Origin: Actinomycetota bacterium
Lineage (GTDB): Bacteria; Actinomycetota; Acidimicrobiia; Acidimicrobiales; CADCSY01
Assembly: GCA_019348555.1 (NCBI GenBank)
Contig: JAHWJH010000001.1
Location: 4,629-56,523, forward strand
Direction of reading: 5' to 3'
Length of the DNA stretch: 51,895 nucleotides
Both the position numbers and the translations under genes were made by a program. Numbering within the stretch: position 1 is the first letter of the stretch; each line of letters begins with the position of its first letter. The notes under the pieces are model-generated. The model saw only the letters and a program-made list of their open reading frames with translations. It made no database searches and had not been told where the DNA came from. Shown here one piece after another: positions 17,895-27,733 of this stretch.

Positions 17895-18943
17895 GCGACC
17901 GGTCGATCGCCATCGACGAGCTCGCCGTGGCCACCATGGTGACCGACGGCCGGCACGTGGTGGCCGCCAACGCCGCCGCCGCCGCCCTCGCCGGGCGTGA
18001 GCTCCACGACCTCGAGGGGCTCGCCCTCGACGATCTGTTCGTCGCCCCCGGCGACGTCCGGGCGGCGTGGGACGGTGGCGGGGGTGCCGACCGGCCCGCC
18101 ATGGTCGACGCGTGGCCCCAGGAGTCGCGCCTCCAACTTCGCCGGCCGCTGGGTGGCGAGGTCGCCGTGGCCGTCGCCGCACGTCCACGGAGCGCGGGTG
18201 GCGAGGCCACCATGGACACCGTGTTGACCATGCGGCCGGTCCACGTCGACGGCGACGGCGACCTCTCGGGCATGGAGGTGGTGTCGACCGTCAGCCACGA
18301 GCTCCGTTCACCGTTGACGTCGGTGAAGGGCTACACCTCGTTGTTGCTGAGCCGCTGGAGCCGGCTCAGCGACGAGCAGAAGAAGACCATGCTCGAGCAG
18401 GTCCACCACGACGCCGATCGTGTCACCCGTCTGGTGAACGAGCTGCTCGACATCTCCAGGCTGGAGACCGGCCACCTCCAGCTCCGCTTCCAGTCGGTGT
18501 CGCTGCCCGGCCTCGCCGCCTCGGTGGTGGCCAAGGTCGCCCTCGAATACCCCGACCTCGAATGCGGTCTCGACTTCCCCGACGGCTTCCCGTCGGTGAT
18601 CGCCGATCCCGACAAGGTCGAACAGGTGCTCACCAACCTGGTGGAGAACGCAGCCAAGTACGCCAGCCCCACGGGGATGCAGGTGTCAGGGGTGGTCTGC
18701 GGCGACACCGTGTCCGTGGCCGTGGCCGACTCGGGCGCCGGCATCCCTCCCGCCGACCTGCCCCACATCTTCACCAAGTTCTACCGCACCGACCACGGTC
18801 GCCCGAGTGGCTCGGGCCTCGGGCTGTGGATCAGCCGCGGCCTGGTGGAGGCCCACGGCGGCCGTCTCAGCGCCGACAGCGTCGTCGACCGGGGCAGCGT
18901 GTTCCGCTTCACCCTGCCACGAGACGGGAACGGCCGCCGATGA
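17891..18943 (+). CDS. soluble PAS-domain sensor histidine kinase (orphan)
   Basis: H-box VSHELRSPLTSVKGY, N-box VLTNLVENAAKYA, G1 VADSGAGIP, F IFTKFYR, G2 GSGLGLWIS. The N-terminal ~110 aa are PAS-like and there is no hydrophobic segment. GTG overlaps the trmH stop, and the stop overlaps the pheS ATG. Confidence 0.85.
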   Translation: MSDRSIAIDELAVATMVTDGRHVVAANAAAAALAGRELHDLEGLALDDLFVAPGDVRAAWDGGGGADRPAMVDAWPQESRLQLRRPLGGEVAVAVAARPRSAGGEATMDTVLTMRPVHVDGDGDLSGMEVVSTVSHELRSPLTSVKGYTSLLLSRWSRLSDEQKKTMLEQVHHDADRVTRLVNELLDISRLETGHLQLRFQSVSLPGLAASVVAKVALEYPDLECGLDFPDGFPSVIADPDKVEQVLTNLVENAAKYASPTGMQVSGVVCGDTVSVAVADSGAGIPPADLPHIFTKFYRTDHGRPSGSGLGLWISRGLVEAHGGRLSADSVVDRGSVFRFTLPRDGNGRR

Positions 18944-20001
18944 GCCCCGAGGCCGGCGCCGGCGCCACTGCCTCGGAGCCATGGGGGGAGGTGGTCGCCG
19001 ATGCGCTGCGGCGCATCGGCTCGGCCGCCGACCTGGACGAGTTGCAGGTCCTCGAGGTCGACCTGCTCGGCCGTCACTCGGCGGTGGTCGCCGCCCGCAG
19101 CGGGCTCGGTGCCGTGCCCGCCGAGCAGCGGCGAGAGGCGGGGCGAGCGCTCAACCAGGCCCGGGCCGCCATCGAGGAGGCCATGGCGGCTCGTCGGCGA
19201 GCGCTGGAGGAGACAGCCCGCGCCGCGCGACTCGACGCCGAGCGCATGGACCTCACCGAGGTGCGGCCCTCGCGCCGCCGCGGCCACCTCCACCTGGTGA
19301 CCCAGGCCCGCGACCGGCTCGAGGACGTGTTCGTCGGCATGGGGTACCGGGTCGCCGACGGGCCCGAGGCGGAGACCGACTGGTACAACTTCGAGGCCCT
19401 CAACTTCCCTGCCGGGCATCCCGCCCGCAACATGTACGACACGCTCTACCTGGAGCTGGGCCCACCGGAGTCGGTCCTGTTGCGCACCCACACCTCGCCG
19501 GTGCAGATCCGGGTGATGGAAGCCACCACACCGCCGATCTACGCGGTGATGCCCGGTCGGTGCTACCGCCAGGACACCCCCGACGCCAGCCACCTGCCGA
19601 ACTTCCACCAGATCGAAGGGCTGGTGGTCGACCGGGGGATCTCCTTCGCCGATCTGGCCGGCACCCTCGACGCCTTCACCGAGGCGTACTTCGGGGCGGG
19701 CTTCCACTCCCGGCTGCGTCCGTCGTACTTCCCCTTCACCGAGCCCTCGGCCGAGTTCGACATCACCTGCGTGTTCTGCCGGGGTGAGGGCTGCCGCAGC
19801 TGCGGGCGCACCGGCTGGTTGGAGCTCGGCGGCTGCGGCATGGTGCACCCCAACGTGTTCCGGGCCGTCGGCTACGACCCCGAGGAGTGGACCGGCTTCG
19901 CCTTCGGCTTCGGTATCGACCGCATGACCGCCCAGCGCCACGGCATCGACGACCTGCGCGAGCTGGTCACCAACGACGTCCGGTTCCTCCAGCAGTTCTG
20001 A
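18940..20001 (+). CDS. pheS: phenylalanine--tRNA ligase alpha subunit
   Basis: Motifs are HPARNMYDTLYL, RTHTSPVQIR, YRQDTPDASHLPNFHQIEGL and GCGMVHPNV. Confidence 0.95.
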   Translation: MSPEAGAGATASEPWGEVVADALRRIGSAADLDELQVLEVDLLGRHSAVVAARSGLGAVPAEQRREAGRALNQARAAIEEAMAARRRALEETARAARLDAERMDLTEVRPSRRRGHLHLVTQARDRLEDVFVGMGYRVADGPEAETDWYNFEALNFPAGHPARNMYDTLYLELGPPESVLLRTHTSPVQIRVMEATTPPIYAVMPGRCYRQDTPDASHLPNFHQIEGLVVDRGISFADLAGTLDAFTEAYFGAGFHSRLRPSYFPFTEPSAEFDITCVFCRGEGCRSCGRTGWLELGGCGMVHPNVFRAVGYDPEEWTGFAFGFGIDRMTAQRHGIDDLRELVTNDVRFLQQF

Positions 20002-20110
20002 TGTCGGGGGGCAGGCCCTCCCTCAACCCCCGCCTTCGCCTCCCGGTCGGCGGTTCCGGCACCACGGCGCAGCTGCCTTGGGGGCAAGGCTGGCTCGCTA
20101 GGTTGGGTCC

Positions 20111-22465
20111 GTGCGGGTGCCCCTGTCCTGGCTCGGTGACTTCGCGCCGTTCGACCTTCCCGTCGACGAGGTGCTCGCCACGCTGAACGACCTCGGCTTG
20201 GCGGTCGAGTCGGTCGAGCGGGTGGGGGAGGGCCTCGACGGGGTGGTGGTGGCCCGGGTCCTCGAGATCGCCGCCATCCGGGGGGCGGATCGGATCCGGG
20301 CGGTGACCGTCGACGTCGGCGACGGTGAAGCGGTCCCGGTGGTGTGCGGGGCGTGGAACTTCGCCGAGGGCGACCTCGTCCCCCTGGCCACGGTGGGCAC
20401 GGTGCTGCCGGGTGGGATGGAGATCAAGGCCCGGACGATGAAGGGGGCGCCCTCCCAGGGGATGTTGTGCGCTCCCGACGAGCTCGGGCTGCCGGGCGGC
20501 CACGACGGCATCCTGGTCCTCGACCACGACGCACGTCCGGGTACGCCGGTGGGTGAGGTGCTCGGCATCCGTCCCGATGTGGTGGTCGACCTGGAGGTCA
20601 ACGCCAACCGGCCCGACGCCATGTCGGTGGCAGGTGTCGCCCGCGACCTGGCCGCCCGCCTCGGGCTCAGCTTCACCATCCCCGAGCCCAAGGTCGTTCC
20701 CGGGACCGACGTGGTGTCGGCGCCGGTCGAGGTGGAGGACCCCGTCGGGTGCGGGCGCTTCGTGGCCCAGGTGCTCACCGGGGTGACGGTGGGCCCCTCG
20801 CCGCCGTGGCTGGCGAACCGCCTTGCCATGGCCGGCATGCGCCCGATCAACAACGTGGTCGACGCCTCCAACTACGTCATGATCGAGCTGGGCCAGCCGA
20901 CCCACCCCTACGACCGCCGCCGGCTCGGCGGCGGAGGGTTGCGGGTGCGGCGGGCACGCCCCGGCGAGGTGCTCGTCACCCTCGACGGCAACGAGCGGCG
21001 CCTGCACGGCGAGGACCTCGTGATCTGCGACGCCGACGACGTGGTGATGGGCATCGCCGGGATCATGGGAGGAGCGTCCTCGGAGATCGACGCCGACACC
21101 ACCGAGGTCGTGCTGGAAGCGGCGTGGTTCGACCCGCTCTCGATCTCGCAGGCGTCACGGCGCCTCAAGCTGCGCAGCGAGGCGTCGGCCCGCTTCGAGA
21201 AGGGCTGCGACTGGGCCGGCATCGACCGGGCGGTCGCCCGCTTCTGTGAGCTGCTGGCGCCCTCCGGCGCCTCGGCGGCCGGTCCGCCCGTCGAGGCGTG
21301 GGGCCGCCTGCCCGAACGGCCACCCGTGCGCGTGCGCCCCGCCCGGGTGAACCAGGTGCTCGGCACCGACCTCTCGGCCGCCGCCATCGCCGGCTACCTC
21401 GACCCGCTCGGCTTCACCACCACCGTCGCCGCCGACGGCGCCCTCGACGTCGAGGTGCCGACGTGGCGCCTCGACAGCGCCACGGAGATCGACGTCATCG
21501 AGGAGGTCGCCCGCCTGCACGGCTACCGGGCCATCTCCCCGACCGTCCCCCGCAGCCCCCTCACCGGCGGCCTCACCGCGTACCAGCGCGACCGCCGAAC
21601 GGTCCGTCAGATTCTCGTCGGCGCCGGAGCCGACGAAGCGTGGTCGACCACGTTCCTGTCGGCCGAAGACCTCCGGCGCTGCCGGCTCGACGCCGATGCG
21701 GCCGTGGTCGTCGCCAACCCCCTCATCGCCGCCGAGTCCCTGCTGCGCACGTCGCTGCTGCCGGGGCTGGTCGCCGCGGTGGCCTCCAACGCCCGCCGCC
21801 GCCAGACCGGTGTGACGCTCTTCGAAGTCGGTCACGTCTTCCAGCAGCCGTCGCCGGGCCAGCAGCTCCCGACCGAGGCAGAGGTCGCCGCCTACGCCGC
21901 CGCCGGGCGCAGCGCCGCCGAGGCCGTCACCGCCTGGCACCTGGTGGCCGACGGCCTGGTGCTCGGCAGCTGGCAGTTCCAGGCCGCCACACCACCGGGC
22001 CTGCACCCCACCCGCAGCGCGCAGGTGGTGGTCGCCGGCGAGGTGGTCGGGGTGGTGGGTGAGGTCGACCCCGACGTGCTCGCCGCCCATGACGTGGCCG
22101 AGCGGGTGGCGTGGCTCGAGCTCGACCTCGGCCGGCTCCTGGCGCTTCCCCACGGCAACGACCGCTACCGCCCCCTCAGCCGGTTCCCGTCGAGCGACGT
22201 CGACCTGGCCTTCGAGGTCGACGACGCCACGCCGGCGGCAGCGGTGGCGGCCACGCTGCGCGCCGCCGGCGGCGAGCTGGTGGCCGAGCTGAGGCTCTTC
22301 GACGTCTACCGGGGCGACAAGCTGGGTGCCGGCCGCCGGAGCCTGGCCTTCACCGTGCGCTTCCAGGCCCCCGACCGCACCCTCACCGACGACGAGGTGG
22401 CCGCCGTACGCCGCCGGCTGGTCGAGGCGGTGGAATCGGCCCACCCCGCCAGGCTGCGCACCTGA
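20111..22465 (+). CDS. pheT: phenylalanine--tRNA ligase beta subunit
   Basis: Starts MRVPLSWL. It has a tRNA-binding domain (VVCGAWNFAEGDLVPLA, SQGMLCAPDELGL) followed by B3/4, B5 and FDX-ACB-like regions. 784 aa. Confidence 0.95.
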   Translation: MRVPLSWLGDFAPFDLPVDEVLATLNDLGLAVESVERVGEGLDGVVVARVLEIAAIRGADRIRAVTVDVGDGEAVPVVCGAWNFAEGDLVPLATVGTVLPGGMEIKARTMKGAPSQGMLCAPDELGLPGGHDGILVLDHDARPGTPVGEVLGIRPDVVVDLEVNANRPDAMSVAGVARDLAARLGLSFTIPEPKVVPGTDVVSAPVEVEDPVGCGRFVAQVLTGVTVGPSPPWLANRLAMAGMRPINNVVDASNYVMIELGQPTHPYDRRRLGGGGLRVRRARPGEVLVTLDGNERRLHGEDLVICDADDVVMGIAGIMGGASSEIDADTTEVVLEAAWFDPLSISQASRRLKLRSEASARFEKGCDWAGIDRAVARFCELLAPSGASAAGPPVEAWGRLPERPPVRVRPARVNQVLGTDLSAAAIAGYLDPLGFTTTVAADGALDVEVPTWRLDSATEIDVIEEVARLHGYRAISPTVPRSPLTGGLTAYQRDRRTVRQILVGAGADEAWSTTFLSAEDLRRCRLDADAAVVVANPLIAAESLLRTSLLPGLVAAVASNARRRQTGVTLFEVGHVFQQPSPGQQLPTEAEVAAYAAAGRSAAEAVTAWHLVADGLVLGSWQFQAATPPGLHPTRSAQVVVAGEVVGVVGEVDPDVLAAHDVAERVAWLELDLGRLLALPHGNDRYRPLSRFPSSDVDLAFEVDDATPAAAVAATLRAAGGELVAELRLFDVYRGDKLGAGRRSLAFTVRFQAPDRTLTDDEVAAVRRRLVEAVESAHPARLRT

Positions 22466-22544
22466 GGGCCGGTCGCTCCTCCCTGATCGGTCCGGGCGGC
22501 GGGGTCCGCGATCAGGTGCGGGACGGACCCTAGGATCAGCCGCC

Positions 22545-24161
22545 GTGCCGGTCGCAGGGGTCGCCACCTATGTGGGGGAGGAGTTCAGCGCCGAGGAGGC
22601 CGACGTGCTCCGCCGTTACGTCACCAACGTCGACGGACCGGTCTTCGCCCTGGTCAACCTGCCCGAGGTGGTCAAGGGAGCGCTCTTCGCCCGCTACAGC
22701 CGGACCCACAAGAGCCTGCGCCGCCTGTTCCTCGACGAGTTCGTCGGTGACCTCGACATCGAAGGCGACCTGTCGATCGACGCCACCGTGGGCCTCGACC
22801 GGGCCGAGCGCCTCTACGACCGGGTGTTCCTCGAGTACGGCGACGACTCGGTGGCCCAGCTGGGAGGCGTGCACCTGGCCTGCGAGCAGGCATCGAACCT
22901 GCTGACGAAGATCCTCGAGTGGGGGCGGCTGATGTCGTACCTCGAGCAGTCCACCCGCTACATCGCCTACGACGAGCGCCTGGGCGGCCGCTACCGCTAC
23001 CACCGCCGGCCCGAGGTGCTCGCCTCGCCGCTCGGCACCCGCTACGTGGGCGACATGGACCGCCTGTTCGACGCCTACGCCCACCTGGTGCCCCTCGTCC
23101 AGGAGTGGTGCCGGGAGCGCTATCCCAAGGAGGCCGACGACTCCGACTTCGTGCACCGCCAGTCGACCAGGGCGAAGGCGCTCGACGCCGTGCGAGGCGT
23201 GCTGCCGGCGGCGTCGCTGTCGAACGTGGGCATCTACGGCACCGGCCAGGGCTACGAGGCCCTCCTGTTGCGCATGCGTGCCTCGCCGCTCGCCGAGGCA
23301 CGTGACTACGCCGAGCTCATGCTCACCGAGCTCCGCAAGGTGATCCCCTCGTTCCTCACCCGCATCGACCTCCCGGAGCGCGGCGGGCGCTGGGCGCAGT
23401 ACCTCCGGGCCACCCGGGAGGGCACCGCCGAAGTGGCCGCCAAGCTCTTCGCCGGGGCAGGCCCCACGGCGCCCGAGCCCGAGGTCACCCTGGTCGACTT
23501 CGACCCCGACGGCGAGGACAAGCTGCTGGCGGCCATGTTGTACCCCCACGTCGACCTGCCCGAGACGCGCGTGCTGGAGCGGGTGCGCGAGCTCGACGCC
23601 GGCGAGCGCCGTGCCGTGGTCGACGCCTATGTGGGCGATCGGTCGAACCGTCGACACAAGCCCGGACGGGCTTTGGAGCGCATCAACTACCGCTTCGACG
23701 TGCTCGCCGACTACGGGGCCTTCCGTGACCTGCAGCGACACCGCATGCTCACCATCGAGTGGCAGCCGCTGTCGCCACACCACGGCTACGCCCTTCCCGA
23801 GGCGGTCAGCCAGGCGGGGGGCGAGGCTCGTTTCGCCGAGGCGATGGAGCGCTCCGCAGCGCTGTACGGGGTGCTCGACGAGCGCTTCGGCCCCGGCGCC
23901 GCCTACGCCGTGTGCCTGGCGTACCGGATCCGCTTCTCGTTGCAGCTCAACGCCCGTGAGGCGCTGCACATGCTCGAGCTGCGCACGAGCCCGCAGGGCC
24001 ACCCCGCCTACCGCCGGCTGTGCCAGCAGATGCACCGGTTGATCGCCGAGCAGGCCGGACATACGGCGGTGGCCGGGCTGATGCACTTCGTCGACCACGG
24101 CGAGGCCGACCTGGAGCGCCTGGAGGCCGAGCGCCGGGCAGAACGCCGACGCCACGGGTGA
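22545..24161 (+). CDS. ThyX-family (flavin-dependent thymidylate synthase-like) protein, long two-domain form
   Basis: The N-half contains [13 protein letters not shown], which aligns to the ThyX signature RHRxxSYxExSxRY but reads WGR instead of RHR. The C-half contains [11 protein letters not shown] and [14 protein letters not shown]. About 538 aa from GTG 22545 (alternative GTG 22572). Confidence 0.65.
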   Translation: MPVAGVATYVGEEFSAEEADVLRRYVTNVDGPVFALVNLPEVVKGALFARYSRTHKSLRRLFLDEFVGDLDIEGDLSIDATVGLDRAERLYDRVFLEYGDDSVAQLGGVHLACEQASNLLTKILEWGRLMSYLEQSTRYIAYDERLGGRYRYHRRPEVLASPLGTRYVGDMDRLFDAYAHLVPLVQEWCRERYPKEADDSDFVHRQSTRAKALDAVRGVLPAASLSNVGIYGTGQGYEALLLRMRASPLAEARDYAELMLTELRKVIPSFLTRIDLPERGGRWAQYLRATREGTAEVAAKLFAGAGPTAPEPEVTLVDFDPDGEDKLLAAMLYPHVDLPETRVLERVRELDAGERRAVVDAYVGDRSNRRHKPGRALERINYRFDVLADYGAFRDLQRHRMLTIEWQPLSPHHGYALPEAVSQAGGEARFAEAMERSAALYGVLDERFGPGAAYAVCLAYRIRFSLQLNAREALHMLELRTSPQGHPAYRRLCQQMHRLIAEQAGHTAVAGLMHFVDHGEADLERLEAERRAERRRHG

Positions 24162-24177
24162 CGGCGCCTCCACCGCC

Positions 24178-25245
24178 GTGCTTGAACTGAGGGGTGGCGG
24201 CGGCCATACTGATCGCCCTGCGGGCGGTCGTGGAGGATCCTTGCGCGCCAATCGACCATCTGCCCGACATCGACGGCCCCGGTCGCCCCGGCTGGCGGCG
24301 TTGGTGACGGTGGCGGGGATCGCCCTGGCCGGCACGGCGGGCACCGGCTCCCACAGCCTGCGTCCGGGCGACACCCTCTCGCAGGTCGCCGCCAACCACG
24401 GCGTGAGCGTTGCCGAGCTGGCCGAGGCCAACGGCATCAAGGACCCGAACCGGGTGCCGGCAGGCATGGAGCTGAAGATCCCCGGGCGCGCCGAAAAGCC
24501 TGCCGAGGCGAAGCGGCCCAAGGGCGCAAGGGACCGAGCGAAAGCGCCCGACGCCGGGGCCGGGGGCACCGGCGGCGACCCGGTCGCCCGCCCTGGCGAC
24601 GCGGGCTCCGGGGAGGCCCGCGTCCACACCGTCGCCCCCGGCGACAGCCTCTCGGCCATCGCCGCCCGCTACGGCGTGACCGTCCGCACCCTGGCCGAGG
24701 CCAACGGCATCTCCGACGTTCACCGCATCGTGGTCGGCCAGCGTCTCGCCGTCCCCGGGACGGGGGTCGGTCCGGCGGACCCGCCGCCGCCCGACCGCCC
24801 CGGCGGCGTCGACGTCTCGCGCCTGCCGGCGTTGCTGCGCTCGTCGCCCGAGCGCATGGCTTTGATCCCGAGCTTCCAGCGCTGGGCCGAGGCCTCCAAG
24901 GTGCCCACCGACCTGCTCATGGCCACCACCTGGCTCGAGTCGGGGTGGCAGGACGACGTCGTATCCTCCGCCGGCGCCGTCGGCGTCGGCCAGCTGATGC
25001 CCGACACGGCCAAGTGGATCAGCCAGACCCTGCTGCGCACGCCGCTCAATCCGAAGGACGCCGACGACAACATCCGCATGAGCGCCGCCTTCCTGCGCTG
25101 GCTGCTCGACCGAACCGGGGGCGACCACGCCACCGCGCTCGCCGGGTACTACCAGGGCCTGGGCGCCGTGCAGTCGGTGGGGGTGTTCCCGTCCACCCGG
25201 GTGTACGTCGCTGATGTCCTTGCCTTCCGTGACCGCTACTTCTGA
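24178..25245 (+). CDS. LysM-domain lytic transglycosylase
   Basis: Two LysM repeats ([54 protein letters not shown]). An SLT-like C-terminus has TWLESGW and [10 protein letters not shown]. The N-terminal anchor is [14 protein letters not shown]. The start is uncertain (TTG 24241 is possible). Confidence 0.8.
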   Translation: MLELRGGGGHTDRPAGGRGGSLRANRPSARHRRPRSPRLAALVTVAGIALAGTAGTGSHSLRPGDTLSQVAANHGVSVAELAEANGIKDPNRVPAGMELKIPGRAEKPAEAKRPKGARDRAKAPDAGAGGTGGDPVARPGDAGSGEARVHTVAPGDSLSAIAARYGVTVRTLAEANGISDVHRIVVGQRLAVPGTGVGPADPPPPDRPGGVDVSRLPALLRSSPERMALIPSFQRWAEASKVPTDLLMATTWLESGWQDDVVSSAGAVGVGQLMPDTAKWISQTLLRTPLNPKDADDNIRMSAAFLRWLLDRTGGDHATALAGYYQGLGAVQSVGVFPSTRVYVADVLAFRDRYF

Positions 25246-25636
25246 TCTTTTGTCGGGGTTTTCTCGACGCTCCTGACCTGCCACGACGCGCGTTGAGGCT
25301 GGTCACGACCATTGCTCACCGGCACGTCGCTTCCTTGACAGCGGCCCTCGGAGCATGGCAAGAAGGGTCGGCTCCTCACCTCGCAGCCCCGAAGCGTGCT
25401 TCGGCTCCGGCGAGGTGGGGCGGGTTCGGAGGGGCCCGGCGAGCTCAGTAGCAAACGTCTCGAGCGTCCACGACGAACCGGCAGAGAAGCTGCCGGCACC
25501 GACTGGCCGCTGACGGCCCCAACGGCTCGTCGAGCCCCTCCACCCGGCCCGCCCCACCCGGAGCAGGCCCCCATGGGAATGGATAGAGTCCGCCGGCGGT
25601 TCTGCCGCCTCGTCCGCTCCCAGCCGAAGGACCGCC

Positions 25637-26137
25637 ATGGCCGACGACGCCGATCCCGACGTGCCCGACGAAGAACCCGACGATCTTGACACCGAGATTC
25701 TGGAGGACGACGCCCTCGACACCGAGGTCCTCGACGACAGCGACGACATCGTCGACGTCGACGAGGTGCTGCTCGACGACGACTTCACCGACGAGGAGCC
25801 CGACGTCGAGGACGTCGAGGCGGCTCCCCCGGTCAAGCGGGGCAAGGCCAAGGCGGCCGAACCGGAGGAGGAGGAGGCCGGCGAGGACGAGGACGACGAG
25901 CCCGATCCCGACGACGTGGAAGCCGACCTCGACACCATCCTCAAGGACCGCCTGGTGGTGGCCGACGACGAGGAGGACGACGAGGACGAGGAGCCGGTGG
26001 AGGCCGAGGAGAAGGGTGAGGCCGCCAAGGTTCGACCCCGGGCCCCGGGTGAGTTCCTCTGCCGCTCCTGCTTCTTGGTGAAGCACCCCAGCCAACTCGC
26101 CGACCCCGACGCGCTCGTCTGCCGCGACTGCGTGTGA
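25637..26137 (+). CDS. DUF4193-like acidic protein
   Basis: Extremely Asp/Glu-rich body. The C-terminal Cys pair motif is EFLCRSCFLVKHPSQLADPDALVCRDC. Confidence 0.7.
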   Translation: MADDADPDVPDEEPDDLDTEILEDDALDTEVLDDSDDIVDVDEVLLDDDFTDEEPDVEDVEAAPPVKRGKAKAAEPEEEEAGEDEDDEPDPDDVEADLDTILKDRLVVADDEEDDEDEEPVEAEEKGEAAKVRPRAPGEFLCRSCFLVKHPSQLADPDALVCRDCV

Positions 26138-26160
26138 CGCCAGGGCGGTTCAGGGGGACA

Positions 26161-26733
26161 ATGACCATCATGGCGAACTCGAAGAGCCCACTGGACCAGG
26201 CCATCGACCTGTTGGTGTACGCCCCCATCGGGTTGGCAGCGGCGGCTCGTGACCTGGTACCGACCCTGGTGGAGCGCGGACGGCGCCAGCTCGACCCCCA
26301 GGTCGGCATGGCCCGCACCATCGGACACTTTGCCGCCGCTCAGGGGCGGACGCAGGCCGAGAAGGTGCTCGAGGGAGCCCTGGAGCGGGCCCGGGCCCAG
26401 GCGCAGACCACGCTGCGCCAGCTCGGCGTGCTTCCCGAGGAGTCCCCGGCGGCCACGTCCCCACCGCCTGCCCCGGCGCCTCGGGAGCGGCCCGAGCCCC
26501 GTCCCACGGTGCCCGAGCCGGCGGCCGCTCCGGCGCCGGCGACGGTCCCCGGCCACCAGCCGAGCGCCATCGATCTGTCGATTCCCGACTACGACTCCCT
26601 CTCGGCGTCACAGGTGGTGCCCCGGCTCTCCAGCCTCACGATCAGCGAGCTGGCGGCGGTGCGCACCTACGAGGAGGCCCACCGCGGGCGCAAGACCATC
26701 CTCAACAGGATCGCCCAGCTGCAGGGGCCGTGA
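26161..26733 (+). CDS. hypothetical protein with C-terminal helix-extended-helix-like motif
   Basis: ATG 26161 follows AGGGGGA. Pro/Ala-rich linker. The C-terminal motif DYDSLSASQVVPRLSSLTISELAAVRTYEEAHRGRKTILNRI recurs in actinobacterial hypotheticals. Confidence 0.5.
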   Translation: MTIMANSKSPLDQAIDLLVYAPIGLAAAARDLVPTLVERGRRQLDPQVGMARTIGHFAAAQGRTQAEKVLEGALERARAQAQTTLRQLGVLPEESPAATSPPPAPAPRERPEPRPTVPEPAAAPAPATVPGHQPSAIDLSIPDYDSLSASQVVPRLSSLTISELAAVRTYEEAHRGRKTILNRIAQLQGP

Positions 26734-26795
26734 TGTCGAGCCGTGCGGCCCAGGACCGCACGGCCAGCAGCGGTCGACTCCTCGGAGGCCTCTGA

Positions 26796-27287
26796 GTGGA
26801 AGCGGCGCGGCTGGCCACCGTGGACGACGTGGCCTCGCTGGCCCGCCTCGCCGAGCAGGCCGTGGCCGAGCAGGCCACTGACCGTGGCGGCGCGGTGTGG
26901 GCGCAGCGCGAGACGCGCCCCCTGCCGGCCGACGACTCGCTGCGGGCGGCACTCGCGGATCCCCGGCAGCTCGTCGTCGCCGGGACCATCGACGACGTGG
27001 TCATCGGCTACGGCGCCGTGCGCCTGGAGCGCCTCCGCAACGATGAGCTCCTCGCCGTCATCACCGACCTGTTCGTCGAGCCCGAGGCCCGAGCCGTCGG
27101 GGTGGGGGAGGCGGTGGTCGCCATGATCCTCGACTGGGCCGGGGCGCAGGGCTGCATGGGCGTCGACGCGCTGGCGCTTCCCGGCAACCGGGACACCAAG
27201 AACTTCTTCGAGACCTTCGGCTTCACCGCCCGGGCCCTGGTCGTGCACCGCCGGCTGGCACCCGCAGCGGACCGGGTGAGCGGATGA
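26796..27287 (+). CDS. GNAT-family N-acetyltransferase
   Basis: The acetyl-CoA motif region is LFVEPEARAVGVGEAVVAMILDWA, followed by FFETFGF. 163 aa. Confidence 0.75.
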   Translation: MEAARLATVDDVASLARLAEQAVAEQATDRGGAVWAQRETRPLPADDSLRAALADPRQLVVAGTIDDVVIGYGAVRLERLRNDELLAVITDLFVEPEARAVGVGEAVVAMILDWAGAQGCMGVDALALPGNRDTKNFFETFGFTARALVVHRRLAPAADRVSG

Positions 27288-27694
27288 CCAGCGCCGGACC
27301 ACAGGTCTGCGTGGGGGCGGTGGCCGTCGACGACGGCCGCCTGCTGCTGGTGCGCCGGGGTCGAGGTCCCGCCCAGGGCGAGTGGTCCGTGCCGGGGGGG
27401 CGGGTGGAGCTCGGCGAGACGCTCGCCGAGGCGGTGGTACGGGAGCTGGCCGAGGAGACCGGCATCGAGGGTGTCTGCGGTGCGCTCATCGACTGGGTGG
27501 AGCGGGTGGACGAGGGCCACCACCACCTCATCTTCGACTTCGCCGTGGAGGTGCTCGAGGCCGTCGAGCCCCGAGCCGGCGATGATGCCGCCGAAGCGGC
27601 GTGGGTGCCGCTGGGTGACGTGGCCGGCCTGCACCTCGTCGACGGGCTGGCCGAGCTGCTCCACGCCCACGGGATCCTCGACGTGATCACCTGA
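27284..27694 (+). CDS. NUDIX hydrolase
   Basis: Nudix box GGRVELGETLAEAVVRELAEETGI. The ATG overlaps the GNAT stop. Confidence 0.85.
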   Translation: MTSAGPQVCVGAVAVDDGRLLLVRRGRGPAQGEWSVPGGRVELGETLAEAVVRELAEETGIEGVCGALIDWVERVDEGHHHLIFDFAVEVLEAVEPRAGDDAAEAAWVPLGDVAGLHLVDGLAELLHAHGILDVIT

Positions 27695-27733
27695 CGGTCG
27701 CGGGGAAGAGTTGCCGCCGCGCCGTGGTTGTAG

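Noticed and set aside
16914-18188. 424-aa minus-strand ORF. Similar antisense ORFs occur at 38707..40116, 40071..41123 and 1104..2699.
   Set aside because: All lie opposite well-supported genes and translate to Arg/Pro/Gly-rich strings without motifs.
22482-22516. Inverted repeat CCTGATCG...CGATCAGG after pheT, considered as a terminator.
   Set aside because: It has a 19-nt loop, no T-tract, and the next gene starts 30 nt later. It is probably not an intrinsic terminator, though a protein operator cannot be excluded.
22536-24659. 707-aa minus-strand ORF.
   Set aside because: It runs antisense to the ThyX-like and LysM/SLT genes, has no recognisable motifs, and is a GC-driven open frame.
25440-25480. 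tRNA D-loop-like GAGCTCAGTAGC in the long intergenic region.
   Set aside because: No cloverleaf can be drawn. It lacks GG..AGAGC and has no T-arm downstream.
26020-26045. tRNA T-arm-like GGTTCGACCCC.
   Set aside because: It lies inside the DUF4193 coding frame (KVRPRAPG), and no acceptor or anticodon stems surround it.
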